Below are positions 40,707 through 50,998 of a stretch of 64,000 bases of DNA, piece after piece. The notes beneath the pieces are model-generated. The model was not told the DNA's origin. It made no database searches and was given only the letters and a program-made list of their open reading frames with translations. A program made the position numbers and the translations under genes. Source of the stretch: Candidatus Latescibacterota bacterium (GTDB taxonomy: Bacteria > Latescibacterota > UBA2968 > GCA-2709665). The DNA is taken from positions 352,001 to 416,000 of the forward strand of contig CBDDDZ010000004.1 in NCBI GenBank assembly GCA_965226795.1, written 5' to 3'. Each line of letters begins with the position of its first letter. The first letter of the stretch is position 1.

Positions 40707-41595
40707 CGATTCCGAGATTACGTATCGGGACCGCAGGTCCGGGAGAATGGTAACGGAGCCGCTGTCTCACGCATGCTTCCAGCGGTGGTTCGATTCGTCA
40801 ATCTTCCTCGGACTTTTCCACCTCTTGCTGAATAATTCGGTCTTTTGCCGGTTATACGGCTGGCTACAGGCGCGTCCAGGAAGTGGCCGGAAGATTTTCC
40901 GTTTTGTCAGGACATACGGCATTGACCTCGAAGAGATCGAATTTCCCCTGGATCGATACCGCAGTTTCAACGCGTTCTTCACACGCCGGCTGAAAACCGA
41001 TGCCAGGCCGTTTGACCTGGCGCCCGACACATTCTGCTCTCCCGCGGACGGAAAGGTTCTGGTCTATCGGCAACTCGTGGACGGCGCCCGGATCCCGGCA
41101 AAAGGAGCATCGGTTCCACTGCAACTCCTGCTGGATTCAGAGGACGAGGCGGGGACCTACCGCGACGGTTCGGCGCTTGTCGTGCGGCTCGCGCCTTACG
41201 ACTATCACCGGTTCCATTTCCCGGATTCCGGGAAGGCCGGACCGGCGCGCGTCGTCGCCGGGCGGTATTATATTGTCAATCCGCTGGGCCTTGCCAGGGT
41301 ACCCGGCGTATTCTGGCGCAACAAACGCGCGATTACCGAATTTGCTTCACGGCATTTCGGACGGATCGCGTACCTCGAGATTGGCGGCTTTGCCGTCGGA
41401 AGCATCGTTGAGACCTACAGGCCCGGATCGGTCGACAGGGGACAGGAGAAGGGGTATTTCCAGTTCGGAGGATCCACGCTGGTACTGCTGTTCGAGCCGG
41501 GTGTCATCGCGTTTGACGAAGACCTTGTCGAAGACTCCCGGCGTGGAGTTGAAGTGCACGTACGGGCGGGCAGCGGGATCGGCAGGCGGATTTAG
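40699..41595 (+). CDS. psd: Phosphatidylserine decarboxylase
   Basis: FFTRRLK, SPADG, RLAPYDYHRFH and the FGGST autocleavage motif. Confidence 0.9.
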   Translation: MGDDSEITYRDRRSGRMVTEPLSHACFQRWFDSSIFLGLFHLLLNNSVFCRLYGWLQARPGSGRKIFRFVRTYGIDLEEIEFPLDRYRSFNAFFTRRLKTDARPFDLAPDTFCSPADGKVLVYRQLVDGARIPAKGASVPLQLLLDSEDEAGTYRDGSALVVRLAPYDYHRFHFPDSGKAGPARVVAGRYYIVNPLGLARVPGVFWRNKRAITEFASRHFGRIAYLEIGGFAVGSIVETYRPGSVDRGQEKGYFQFGGSTLVLLFEPGVIAFDEDLVEDSRRGVEVHVRAGSGIGRRI

Positions 41596-41736
41596 AATTG
41601 AACCATCAGTGACTCAGTGAATGCCGGCACGGCTGGTCGCGGGCCGGGAAGACCGCCGCCGGTCCTGATCGACCAGAGCGCACGTGATCTGCTGTACCGG
41701 AAACCCGATCAGGGCGAAGCGCCTCAGCGTTTCGCC

Positions 41737-43791
41737 CTATCTTTCTTCCGGTCCCAGGCGAACGAATTCCGCTGGATTCGCAAGGTTCTGATAGGTGACA
41801 TCGATCCACTGATCGGATCGGGCGGTACTCGAGATACGGACTTCCTCGATTTCACCTTGAAACGGCGCCCCGCCGCCTGCGAGGCGGCCGATCACGATCG
41901 GTGTCTGACTGGACTGAATGGGACCCGACGCTTCGGACGAAGCCACCGGCGTACCGTCAATATACAGGGTCGTCCGTTCGCCGTCGTATACGCCCGACAG
42001 GTGATGCCTGCCGGGGGTGAGCGTCCTGTTGGCGCGTACGCTCCGGGTGCCGCTTTGTGTGTTAATGGTGAAGGTTGGACCCGGCAGGGAGGCGCAAAGT
42101 CCGCCATTGTGGCCGCATTCGGCGTATTTGAGTATGAAGGAGGCGTCGCCCGCGGTGTCGTAGCGAAGCACTTTTCCGTGGGGTGTGTATTCGCGAGCGT
42201 CGTTCTCGTCGGGATCTTCACGCCACGGGGCGAAGTAGACGTAGCGTCCGTCGAACGCGCCCCCATTGAACCCGCCGGGATTCGGCGGATAGGTGAAGAC
42301 GCCCCCGTCGGCGGCATCCCAGGCGGCCCTGTCGGTGAAGTTCATGCACGTGTTGTAACGCAGGACACGACAGTGGAAACCCCGCTGGGGTTGATCGCCT
42401 TCGTAGAACGGAATGTAATAAACGTACTGGCCGTCGAAGGCCGCGCCGTCGTAACCTTTGGTATGCAGACCCGACGCTCCTGCCGCGTCATAGGCTTCCC
42501 AGCTATCCGGGTCCATGAAGTCGGCACGAGTGTCGTATCGGACCGCATTGCTGTGCGCATACGGCACATAGTAAATGTAACGTCCGTCGAAAATGGCGCC
42601 CACGCACATCCCCATGCCCTGACCGCTGGCACCCAGTGCCTGCCAGGCTGCGGGATCGTCGAACTCGCCGCAGGTATCGTGCCGGAGCACGATTCCGCGG
42701 TCGTTGAGGGGCGCATAATAGACGTAACGTCCGTCGAAGGTGGCGCCGTCGTAATTTCTCGACTCCAGCCCGCCGGTGTTACCGGCATCGTAGGTGACAT
42801 AGCTGGCTGGATCCTTGAAATCACCCCGCGTATCGTACCGGACGGCTCGGCCGGTTTCGGAACCGTCTACCTCGTATCCGGGTACGAGGTAGATGTAACG
42901 TCCGTCATAGGCGGCGCTCTGGTGGGAAATGTTATTGCCGATATCGTATGCCTGCCAACTTCCGGGATCGTGGAATTCTCGGCGCCGGTCGTAACGCAGA
43001 ATCCGGCTGTGATGCGCACGCCCGTCGGTACGTGGGACAAAATAGATATAGTCCCCCGCGTGTACGGCGCCGTAATATCCTTTTGTGTTGAGGCCGTCGG
43101 TACTCCCCGCGTCGTAACCCTCCCAGCTTTCAGGATCGTTGAACCCGCCGCAGGAGTCGTATCTCAAAACCTGGCCGTGGCGCTCCTGGGAACCATTGAG
43201 TTGAGGCGCAAAGTATACGTAGCGTCCGTCACAGACGGCGCCGAAGAATCCCCTGGTGTCCAGGCCGTCGGTGTCGCCCGCGTCGTAGGACTCGAACGTA
43301 TCCATAACCGGTCGCAGCGACCACTTGGCGACCAGGGCCTGAAAGGCGTCCGAACCGGCATGGCTGCTCTCGACCCAGGCTTCGACAGTCAGGGTTTGTG
43401 CGTGTTCGAGTGCTTCGGAGCGTACCGATTCGCTTCGACAGCTGACCAGTTTGTAGTGGGTATCCCAAACGGGGTCCGGGCACGAAACCGGTCCTGCGCC
43501 ATAGCACAGGTATAGATTCGTGTCCGCGGAGAGTGAGGGGATTCTGACTCTCGCCCTGAGGGCGCCGTTTTCGGGATCGTAGGACTCGATACGGTACGCC
43601 AGCGCATCGCCCTGGCGGGATGCGAAGTGGATGTCACGTCCGTCTTCTCCAAGCACATGACCGCCCCTTTCAACCGGTTTCAGGTCGTTGTCCCGCAGGA
43701 CCACGAGAAGAGGAAAGTCCTGAAGATCCGGGACGACCCCCTCGGGGTTGATGCTGAGTCTTCGGCGGATGAGTTTCCCGGCTGTTTCCAT
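41737..43791 (-). CDS. DUF2341-like + LamG protein with a 7-repeat FDGRYVY propeller
   Basis: DFPLLV...DIHF N-terminus, split LamG motifs and seven G[AG]xxDGRYxYxxP repeats. Confidence 0.8.
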   Translation of the reverse strand: METAGKLIRRRLSINPEGVVPDLQDFPLLVVLRDNDLKPVERGGHVLGEDGRDIHFASRQGDALAYRIESYDPENGALRARVRIPSLSADTNLYLCYGAGPVSCPDPVWDTHYKLVSCRSESVRSEALEHAQTLTVEAWVESSHAGSDAFQALVAKWSLRPVMDTFESYDAGDTDGLDTRGFFGAVCDGRYVYFAPQLNGSQERHGQVLRYDSCGGFNDPESWEGYDAGSTDGLNTKGYYGAVHAGDYIYFVPRTDGRAHHSRILRYDRRREFHDPGSWQAYDIGNNISHQSAAYDGRYIYLVPGYEVDGSETGRAVRYDTRGDFKDPASYVTYDAGNTGGLESRNYDGATFDGRYVYYAPLNDRGIVLRHDTCGEFDDPAAWQALGASGQGMGMCVGAIFDGRYIYYVPYAHSNAVRYDTRADFMDPDSWEAYDAAGASGLHTKGYDGAAFDGQYVYYIPFYEGDQPQRGFHCRVLRYNTCMNFTDRAAWDAADGGVFTYPPNPGGFNGGAFDGRYVYFAPWREDPDENDAREYTPHGKVLRYDTAGDASFILKYAECGHNGGLCASLPGPTFTINTQSGTRSVRANRTLTPGRHHLSGVYDGERTTLYIDGTPVASSEASGPIQSSQTPIVIGRLAGGGAPFQGEIEEVRISSTARSDQWIDVTYQNLANPAEFVRLGPEER

Positions 43792-43956
43792 GGTATCCTC
43801 TCTTAATTAAAAGCCGAAACTGTGTCTGACTCAGACGGAATCCCTTACGATCCGGTATGGATAGCCCGCGATGTGGCGAATGCCGCACAACGGCATTCCC
43901 GGCGGCCAGCCCGCATGGTCGGCCGAAGATCTCCGGACCCTTCGCACCTCGACCCT

Positions 43957-45048
43957 TTACGGCTGAAGCATGACTTTGATGGAACGGTCGCCGGCGGCGA
44001 CGAGATCGATGCCGTCCTGGAATCTCTCAAGAGGCAGGCGATGGGTCACGATACGATCCATTGGCAGTAGGCCCTTTTGGATTATATCGATAGCGATGGG
44101 GTAACAACCGGGTCCCAGGTGGGCGCCGTGGATGTTGAGTTCCTTGGTATCGCCGATGATTGTCCAGTCCGTCGTCACCGGATCACGAAGCACGCTGAAT
44201 TCCACAAAGGTGCCGAGTTTACAGATCATGTGCAGACCCTGTTCCACGGCGGCGGGATGTCCGGTCGCTTCGATGTACACGTCACAGCCATAACCATCGG
44301 TGAGATGGCGCACTTCGCGGATGACGTCTGTCTTGCTGGGATTGAAGACCAGGTCGGCGCCGCAGGCGCGCGCAACGTCGAGGCGGTCTTCGTTGAGGTC
44401 CAGGGCGATAAGCAGGCGGGGGTTCTTGAGCCGGGCGGCGGCAACCATCCCCAGCCCCAGCGGTCCCGCGCCGGCGATGACCACGGTGTGGTCCAGTTCG
44501 ATATCGCCCCGCTGCACGGCATGAATGGCGCACGCAAGCGGCTCGATGTACACGGCGTGTTCGGGCGGAATGCACGCGGGCACCTTGTAGTTGAGGGCAT
44601 CGGCCGGGAAACGCATGTATTGGGCCATCGCGCCGAAGGTGTTCTGCCGGAAACCGTAGATATCGTGCCGCATACACATCCAGTACTGGCCGCGCCTGCA
44701 GTAGCGGCATGCATGGCACGGGACGATCTGTTCGGAGATCGCCATGTCGCCGATAGCGAGTCCGTATTTCTCACCGGCGCGCGGGCCGAGGAGAACGACT
44801 TCGCCAATGAATTCATGGCCGGGGATAACGGGGGCCTGGCAGTATCCCTCGCGGTGTTTATCGCCCCAGAAGAGCGGGGCGCCCAGATAACATTTGAGAT
44901 CGCTGGCGCAGATACCCGCGGATTCGACGCGAACAACGACCTCCTCCGGTCCCGGACGCGGCACGGGGCGTTCTTCCAGGCGGTAGTCTTCGGGTCCGTG
45001 GCAGACGACAGCCGGCATGGTGTCGGGAAGTCCGGTATGTGCCGTCAA
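43957..45048 (-). CDS. Zn-dependent polyol dehydrogenase (erythritol/L-threitol dehydrogenase-like)
   Basis: ICASD, GHEF, CxxCxxC...C, GAGPLG and DWTIIGDTKEL. TTG start after AGGAG. Confidence 0.88.
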   Translation of the reverse strand: MTAHTGLPDTMPAVVCHGPEDYRLEERPVPRPGPEEVVVRVESAGICASDLKCYLGAPLFWGDKHREGYCQAPVIPGHEFIGEVVLLGPRAGEKYGLAIGDMAISEQIVPCHACRYCRRGQYWMCMRHDIYGFRQNTFGAMAQYMRFPADALNYKVPACIPPEHAVYIEPLACAIHAVQRGDIELDHTVVIAGAGPLGLGMVAAARLKNPRLLIALDLNEDRLDVARACGADLVFNPSKTDVIREVRHLTDGYGCDVYIEATGHPAAVEQGLHMICKLGTFVEFSVLRDPVTTDWTIIGDTKELNIHGAHLGPGCYPIAIDIIQKGLLPMDRIVTHRLPLERFQDGIDLVAAGDRSIKVMLQP

Positions 45049-45338
45049 TGCCACTCTCCTCTGAAGCCCAGGCTCGGCGGGCAAGCCCCGCCGGCAGGAC
45101 TATGCGGAACCGTCGGGAAAACGACCATGGGTTCCTCAACAACCTGAACCCATTGGATCCGCTCTTCCGTTACAATCCGGCGTCACCCGGCGACATCAAG
45201 ATAGGATGAAAAAAAGCGGATGGCAACAGATTCGGATGGACCGGCCACCCCGCTTTGGTCTTGTGTCCGCCGTCCACGTCTCTTTACATTGCGGGCGTTT
45301 ACGTTCGTGATTTCACTTTCCCACGAGAGGAGTGGTTG

Positions 45339-48300
45339 ATGGACCGCCGTGATGCGATGTGGCTGTTGGTATTCCTGGTACTGGGCGTGGGCGGGCTGGC
45401 TGTATTTCTGAATTTCTACGCCGAGGCGATTCCGTCCGCGTCGCTGGACTTCAGGTTGAGCCGCGACGAGGTACTCCGAAAGGCGCAGGGTTATTTGGAG
45501 GACCTTGGATACGATCTCGCGGACTATGAGAGCGCCCAGGTGTTTTCCAGCAGCCAGATGCAGCAGATTTTCCTGGAGCAGACGCTGGGTCTGGAGGAGA
45601 CCAGCCGGCTGGCGAGGGAATGGTTGTCGGTCTGGTCCTGGAGTGTGCGGTGGTTCAAGCCGCTGCAGAAGGAGGAACTTCGGGTGGGGCTGGATCCGGG
45701 CGGGCGAATTGTGGGATTTTCGCACCGCATCCTGGAATCGGACGAAGGTGCGAGCATTGAGCAGGACGCAGCACTGTCGATTGCATCTGATTTCCTGAGG
45801 GATACCCAGAGGTACGACCTGGACGGCTACGAGTTGATCGATCGCTCCAGCACGGAACGCAAGGCCCGGGTCGATCACCGGTTCGCCTACCGGAAGAAGG
45901 ACTTCACCGTCGGAGACGACGGGCACTACCGCCTGGACGTGGTGGTTCATGGGAACCGGGTGGGAAGGTTCAGCGAATACCTGAAAGTGCCGGATAGTTT
46001 CTCCCGGAACTACCGGGAGGTGCGTTCGCGAGCGAACCTGCTGACGCAGGTCTTTTTGCCGTTCTGGCTCGCGCTGGGCGTCGCTATGCTGGTGATTCTG
46101 GTCAAGTATTATCGCGGGAAGGGCTTGCACTGGCAGGCCGGCCTTGTGGTGGGAACACTCGTAGCCATCGCCTGGCTTGCGGCGAACGTCAACGCCCTGC
46201 CTCTTGCGCTATATAGTTTCGATACAACGGTCTCCTTCGGCGCCTTTCTGGTGACTGTTTTGTTCAGTGCTGTTCTGGTCGCGGCGCTCTACGGCGGGAT
46301 CGTCTGCCTGGCCGGGACGGCGGGCGGGGCTCTCGGACGGGACGTGCTATTCGAGGGACGCGTGAGCCCGCTCGGGCGCCTGTCGCTTAAAGGGGTGTTT
46401 TCAGCCGGATTCCTGCGGTCCACGGTCGTGGGTTATGGCGTCGCCGGGGCCGTGCTGGGATACGTCGCCGTGTTTTATTTGCTGGGCGGGCGGTATTTCG
46501 ATGTCTGGGTGCCGGCGGACGTCAGCGAGTACGACAACGCTTTCAGCACGGCCATCCCCTGGATTTACCCGTTGCTGGTGGGATTGTCCGCCGCGGCGCT
46601 GGAGGAGTTTTTCTTCCGTCTGCTGGCGATTACTCTGCTGATCCGATGGTTGAAACGGCGGTGGCTGGCAGTGTTGCTGCCGGCGGTGGTGTGGGCGTTT
46701 TTGCATTCCAACTATCCCCATGAGCCCATTTATATACGCGGAATTGAGATAACGGTTATAGGAATCGTCTTCGGTATTGTGTTCTTGCGTTTCGGGATAT
46801 GGGCGTCTATCATCGCCCATTATGCGATTAATGCTTTCATTGTGGCGTTGCCGATGGTGAAATCTTCAAGTCTCTACTTCCAGGTTTCCGGTGTACTCGT
46901 CATTGGGATTTTGCTGCTGCCGGCCATCCCCTCGGCGCTCGCGATTCTGACCGGGCGGTCCCGGCCCAGGGAAGTCGACGACGCCGTCGATGAGGAGCCG
47001 CCTGAAGAACCGGTCGAAACCGGTGAACCGGCGCCCGAACCCGTCCGTGCGGCCGTGATTCAGAAAGACCCCGATGCCTATCTGCCGGATCGAAAACGGT
47101 GGCTCGTCGCCGGCCTTTGCGCCGTGGCGGGTATCACGTTGATGATCGGATTCCACGTGGACCGGTTCGGCTCCCGTACGTTGAAGCTCGAAGTGACCCG
47201 GAGCCAGGCGGTGGGTGTCGCGGAGGCCTTCTGTAACGAGTTGGAACTGGATGTGTCGGATTACCGAAGGTCGGTGCAGTTTCGCAGCGGGGTCGGTTCC
47301 TCGCATTACACACATCTGATCCGAAACGCGGGTGTCGCGGGCGCGGATAGCCTGATGGCGGAGAACACAACCCCGTGGTATTGGCACGTGCGCTGGTTCA
47401 AACCGATGGAGAAGGAGGAGATCCAGGTCCGCGTGGACGCGGTCGGGCGCGTTGCGGGCATAAACCACATCATTCCGGAAACCCGGGCCGGACCCGAATT
47501 GGAGACGGACCCGGCAAGGAGTCGGGCGGAAGCGTTTTTAGAGAGCCGCTTTCACCATTCGGTAACGGATACAACCCGATTCAAGCTTCTGGAGGCGCGT
47601 TCGGAGAAGGAAAAGGAAAGAACAGACCACCATTTTGCGTGGGAACGGATTGACCGGAAGGTTGAGGATGGAGAGTTCCGCGTAAGTGCACGGGTTCAGG
47701 GCGACGAGGTCGGATTCTTCGGTACCCATTATAAGGCGCCGGAAAAATTCCTGCGGTCGCTCCGACAACAGGGCGCCGGGCAGGTATTGGCCTCAACCGT
47801 GCCGGTTCTATTGGCTCTGGCAACCCTGATACTGGCGGGGATCTATTTCTTCCGGCTTTACCGGGCAAAGGAGATTTCCTGGAGACTCCCAATCAAAATA
47901 GGCATTGCGGTTGTGGCGCTGATGGTACTGAATTGGATCAATTCGTTACCGACCTTTTTCCACGGATACGATACAAGCCAGGCGATGACGACCTATATGG
48001 GTATTCAGGGGGTCGGTATACTGATCGGCACACCCCTGATGGGACTGGCGATAGCGGTCATGATAGCGTTGATGGTTGCGCTTTGTGGATCTCTCTATCC
48101 CGAAGAGATGGGGGCGGGCAGATGGCTGGGGCTATTACGGATGCAGGAAGGCGGCGCGCGCTTCTGGGCAGGAACGCTGGCTCTGGCGGCGGCATTTTTG
48201 CTGCTTCGGACAGGTACGGGCAGTGTCGGTATATTTGTGAAATATCACGGGTTGACGGAGTTTCTGCAGGCGGACGGGTTCAACTTGCCGGGAATAAACA

Positions 48301-48749
48301 CCTATCTTCCCTTCATCAACGCCGCCGGTGACGCTGCCCTGGAGTTATTCGAACCCTTTGCAGTGCTGGCGATTCTGCTGATATGGAAAGCCGGAGTGAA
48401 ACAACCATGGCTGATTGTGGCCGGAATCGCGGTTGCAATGTCGTCCACGGAGGCGATCGCGCCGGCCAGGAGTTTTTATCACTTCGCCGTTCTGGCCGGC
48501 ATGGCGCTCGTGAATCTGGGTGTGCTGGTTTTCCTGGTCGCGTGGCTGGTCCGGTTCAACCTGATGGCCTATCTTGTCGCGATATGGTCCGGCAAGCTCA
48601 TCCTGGGCCCTGGAATCGCAATTATTCAACGGACAACGGAATCCGTCTATCAGTGGCACGGCGTTGCCATGCTCGTGCTTGGCCTGGCGCCGCTGCTCTT
48701 CCTGTTGGCTGCCTGTCTGCGTGAGCGGCGCGCGCACATCGCCGGATAA
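45339..48749 (+). CDS. Large CPBP (CAAX/Abi) intramembrane protease with a duplicated extracytoplasmic module
   Basis: EEFFFR, AFLH and HYAIN motifs. The WxVRWFKPxxKEE module occurs twice. Many TM helices. Confidence 0.85.
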   Translation: MDRRDAMWLLVFLVLGVGGLAVFLNFYAEAIPSASLDFRLSRDEVLRKAQGYLEDLGYDLADYESAQVFSSSQMQQIFLEQTLGLEETSRLAREWLSVWSWSVRWFKPLQKEELRVGLDPGGRIVGFSHRILESDEGASIEQDAALSIASDFLRDTQRYDLDGYELIDRSSTERKARVDHRFAYRKKDFTVGDDGHYRLDVVVHGNRVGRFSEYLKVPDSFSRNYREVRSRANLLTQVFLPFWLALGVAMLVILVKYYRGKGLHWQAGLVVGTLVAIAWLAANVNALPLALYSFDTTVSFGAFLVTVLFSAVLVAALYGGIVCLAGTAGGALGRDVLFEGRVSPLGRLSLKGVFSAGFLRSTVVGYGVAGAVLGYVAVFYLLGGRYFDVWVPADVSEYDNAFSTAIPWIYPLLVGLSAAALEEFFFRLLAITLLIRWLKRRWLAVLLPAVVWAFLHSNYPHEPIYIRGIEITVIGIVFGIVFLRFGIWASIIAHYAINAFIVALPMVKSSSLYFQVSGVLVIGILLLPAIPSALAILTGRSRPREVDDAVDEEPPEEPVETGEPAPEPVRAAVIQKDPDAYLPDRKRWLVAGLCAVAGITLMIGFHVDRFGSRTLKLEVTRSQAVGVAEAFCNELELDVSDYRRSVQFRSGVGSSHYTHLIRNAGVAGADSLMAENTTPWYWHVRWFKPMEKEEIQVRVDAVGRVAGINHIIPETRAGPELETDPARSRAEAFLESRFHHSVTDTTRFKLLEARSEKEKERTDHHFAWERIDRKVEDGEFRVSARVQGDEVGFFGTHYKAPEKFLRSLRQQGAGQVLASTVPVLLALATLILAGIYFFRLYRAKEISWRLPIKIGIAVVALMVLNWINSLPTFFHGYDTSQAMTTYMGIQGVGILIGTPLMGLAIAVMIALMVALCGSLYPEEMGAGRWLGLLRMQEGGARFWAGTLALAAAFLLLRTGTGSVGIFVKYHGLTEFLQADGFNLPGINTYLPFINAAGDAALELFEPFAVLAILLIWKAGVKQPWLIVAGIAVAMSSTEAIAPARSFYHFAVLAGMALVNLGVLVFLVAWLVRFNLMAYLVAIWSGKLILGPGIAIIQRTTESVYQWHGVAMLVLGLAPLLFLLAACLRERRAHIAG

Positions 48750-48795
48750 CCCGCAGCCCTTCGCGCTCAGTTTTTCAATCTGTTGACGCAATGCG

Positions 48796-48830
48796 AACCC
48801 CCTCCGAGGCGCCTCGGAGGGGGTTTTGTG
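48796..48830 (+). terminator. Perfect 30-bp palindrome, likely terminator
   Basis: AACCCCCTCCGAGGC-GCCTCGGAGGGGGTT followed by TTGTG, between convergent genes. Confidence 0.75.
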
Positions 48831-48839
48831 TTATTGCCG

Positions 48840-49132
48840 GACCGCCGACCATCAAAGTGGACATTCGAAAACATCTCGGCGTTTCGACGCTGTTCGTCCC
48901 AGACCTTCACGATTTGGAAGCCGTCGACGCTGGGCGCGGTCTTCAAGGTCGGTTCGCTGTATTTCGTATAATAGAAACAATGCGTTCCACCTCGCTGCCA
49001 GGTATAGGACATGTCGTCTTCGACAGGCATGGGTTCTCTTAAACGCAATGGATCGAGCTCGTCCATTTGCGCGCCGAACCACATCCCATGCATGTCACAA
49101 CGGATAATCCCGGTGCGAATCTTTTCCGACAC
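48840..49132 (-). pseudogene. Truncated N-terminal fragment of a Gfo/Idh/MocA-like oxidoreductase
   Basis: KIRTGIIRCDMHG...FQIVKVWD...A. The frame runs into the palindrome after about 100 aa. Confidence 0.5.
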
Positions 49133-49259
49133 GGAAAGGAAGCCTTTCGTTCGTGGAGCCCGAATTGCAGCGGAACCGGAAGGTTGCAGGCCGAAATCAG
49201 TGGAATTCCGGAATGCCCGGGAGCCGTGTTGCAACAACACCATCCGGGGATGCCCGTTG

Positions 49260-49628
49260 TTATAGTTCCAATGCGTCAGCCGTCCGAATGACGAAATATT
49301 TCTTTACTGGCTGTATGACGTGCCAATGGGTCTTGAGTCCCGCCGGAAAGTGGACGGTATCGCCCGGCCCAAGGGAGTAACTTTCGCCGCCGTCCTCTTC
49401 AATAGTGATCCTGCCCTCGAAAACGTGCGCGAATTCGTCCCATCCGAACGTCCATTCGAACTTGCCTTCGCTGCATTGCCAGTAGCCGCAGGACACCTTC
49501 TTATCCGCGCTCTGGGAAACGATTGTGCCGTGGGCCGTGGGATCGCCTTCACGGATCCAGTCGGGATCGATGGGCATGGCGGGCAGATCTTCCGGCATGG
49601 CGGCGGTCTTCATTTTGAACTCGCCCAT
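49260..49628 (-). CDS. Cupin (DUF861/EutQ-like)
   Basis: GYWQCSEGKF...DEFAHVFEG...GDTVHFPAG...W...KKYF. Confidence 0.88.
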   Translation of the reverse strand: MGEFKMKTAAMPEDLPAMPIDPDWIREGDPTAHGTIVSQSADKKVSCGYWQCSEGKFEWTFGWDEFAHVFEGRITIEEDGGESYSLGPGDTVHFPAGLKTHWHVIQPVKKYFVIRTADALEL

Positions 49629-49812
49629 TCTGCGCTCCTTTCCTTTATATTGCGACGCCGGCAATCCATCATGCCAGCGTGCGTGTCCTCGTTGCGTGAA
49701 AGTGGTTATGCACAATGAACGGCACGGAGATCCTGGCTGTCACCCTGATCTTCCCTCACTTCGGGGACGTGCGGATTGTGATCGCCGCCGACCTTCGGAT
49801 ATAGGGATTTAC

Positions 49813-50823
49813 CTACAACGCCAGGATTTCCTCCCAGCAGTCCTCTGCGACCGGGACGCCCAACTCGAGGTTCTCCTCTCGGGTCCGGAACATCCGTTCG
49901 CCGGGGTAGGACACGGGCTCGCCGCCTTCGAACGATTCGGCGGCGTGAAAATCGGCGAGGGTCTGGTCCACCAACTCCCGCATCCGGTCTCCGGCGACAG
50001 CGTCGGCGTGGATGGCAATAAAGACCTGGGAGACGCCGTATTCGGCCTCCTCCTGAGCGATCTGGAACGTGGAGCGGCCCCCCGACAGCAGCGAGGCGAC
50101 CAGATCCAGCGACATCGCAAGACCGATCCCTTTCCAGTGACCGATGGGCAGCGGACGGCGTGCATCCTGGATGGCGCCGGCGTCGTATGAGAGGTTTCCG
50201 CTGTTGTCGTACCCCCCGGGGACCGGAAGTCGCCGGTTGGCTTTGCGATATACGTCGAGCTTGCCGTGGGAGTACTGGCTCATCGCCATGTCCAGCAGTA
50301 AGTGGCGGCCTCCCGGGCGGGGTATGGAGAAAACCAGCGGGTTGTTGCCCACCTTGCGGTCGGTGGAACCGAAAGGGGGGATAAGCTGCGTGGTATTCGT
50401 CCAGCAGATGCCGATACAGCCCGCGTCCGCGGCCCTCAGGCCGTAGGTTCCCGCCCGCATCCAGTGGTTGGTGTTTCTGATGGCCACACAGCCCATTCCT
50501 TGTTCTTTTGAGACTTCAACGGCGCGGTCCATGCACACGCAGGCGTTGAGGATACCGGGGCCCAGTTTTCCGTTCCACTGTTCCAGGACGCCGAAGGCGG
50601 CCACTCTCTCCGGTTCGGCTCGAAGGTCCATGCCCTCGCCGGAACGGGCGTGCCTGACAAACGGCGGGAAGCGGTTGACGCCGTGGGAATAGACGCCGTC
50701 GCGGGTGGTTTCGGCGAAAATTCTCGCCAGGCGTTCGGCACGTTCGGTCGTGAAGCCGATATTGAGCAGGACGCGGTTCAGTTCCGCCACCATCGCGTCA
50801 AATTGGATACGGTGCATTTCCAT
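49813..50823 (-). CDS. yiaK: 3-dehydro-L-gulonate 2-dehydrogenase (Ldh_2 family)
   Basis: DGVYSHGVNRF, NHWMRAGTYG, CWTN, DMAMSQYS and GHWKG. The ORF-track N-terminal extension comes from the repeat. Confidence 0.88.
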   Translation of the reverse strand: MEMHRIQFDAMVAELNRVLLNIGFTTERAERLARIFAETTRDGVYSHGVNRFPPFVRHARSGEGMDLRAEPERVAAFGVLEQWNGKLGPGILNACVCMDRAVEVSKEQGMGCVAIRNTNHWMRAGTYGLRAADAGCIGICWTNTTQLIPPFGSTDRKVGNNPLVFSIPRPGGRHLLLDMAMSQYSHGKLDVYRKANRRLPVPGGYDNSGNLSYDAGAIQDARRPLPIGHWKGIGLAMSLDLVASLLSGGRSTFQIAQEEAEYGVSQVFIAIHADAVAGDRMRELVDQTLADFHAAESFEGGEPVSYPGERMFRTREENLELGVPVAEDCWEEILAL

Positions 50824-50830
50824 CGGGCTT

Positions 50831-50998
50831 CCAGTGTTCTGTCCCTGAAATAGATTGCCTAAATTCGGCCGCCGAGGCGCCCGGCTCGCAAGGCGCCCGA
50901 GCGAGGCGACCTGCGCAAGGTCGGCGAGTGAAGGCAACGCAGCGAGACGTGATGAACCGGCGGATGAATGGTGACATATTTCTGGGACGGGACACTAG
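50831..50998. mobile_element. MITE-like structured repeat, copy 3
   Basis: CCAG-TGTTCTGTCCCTGAAATA...TATTTCTGGGACGGGACA-CTAG. Right end overlaps the TAG stop at 50995-50997. Confidence 0.85.
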
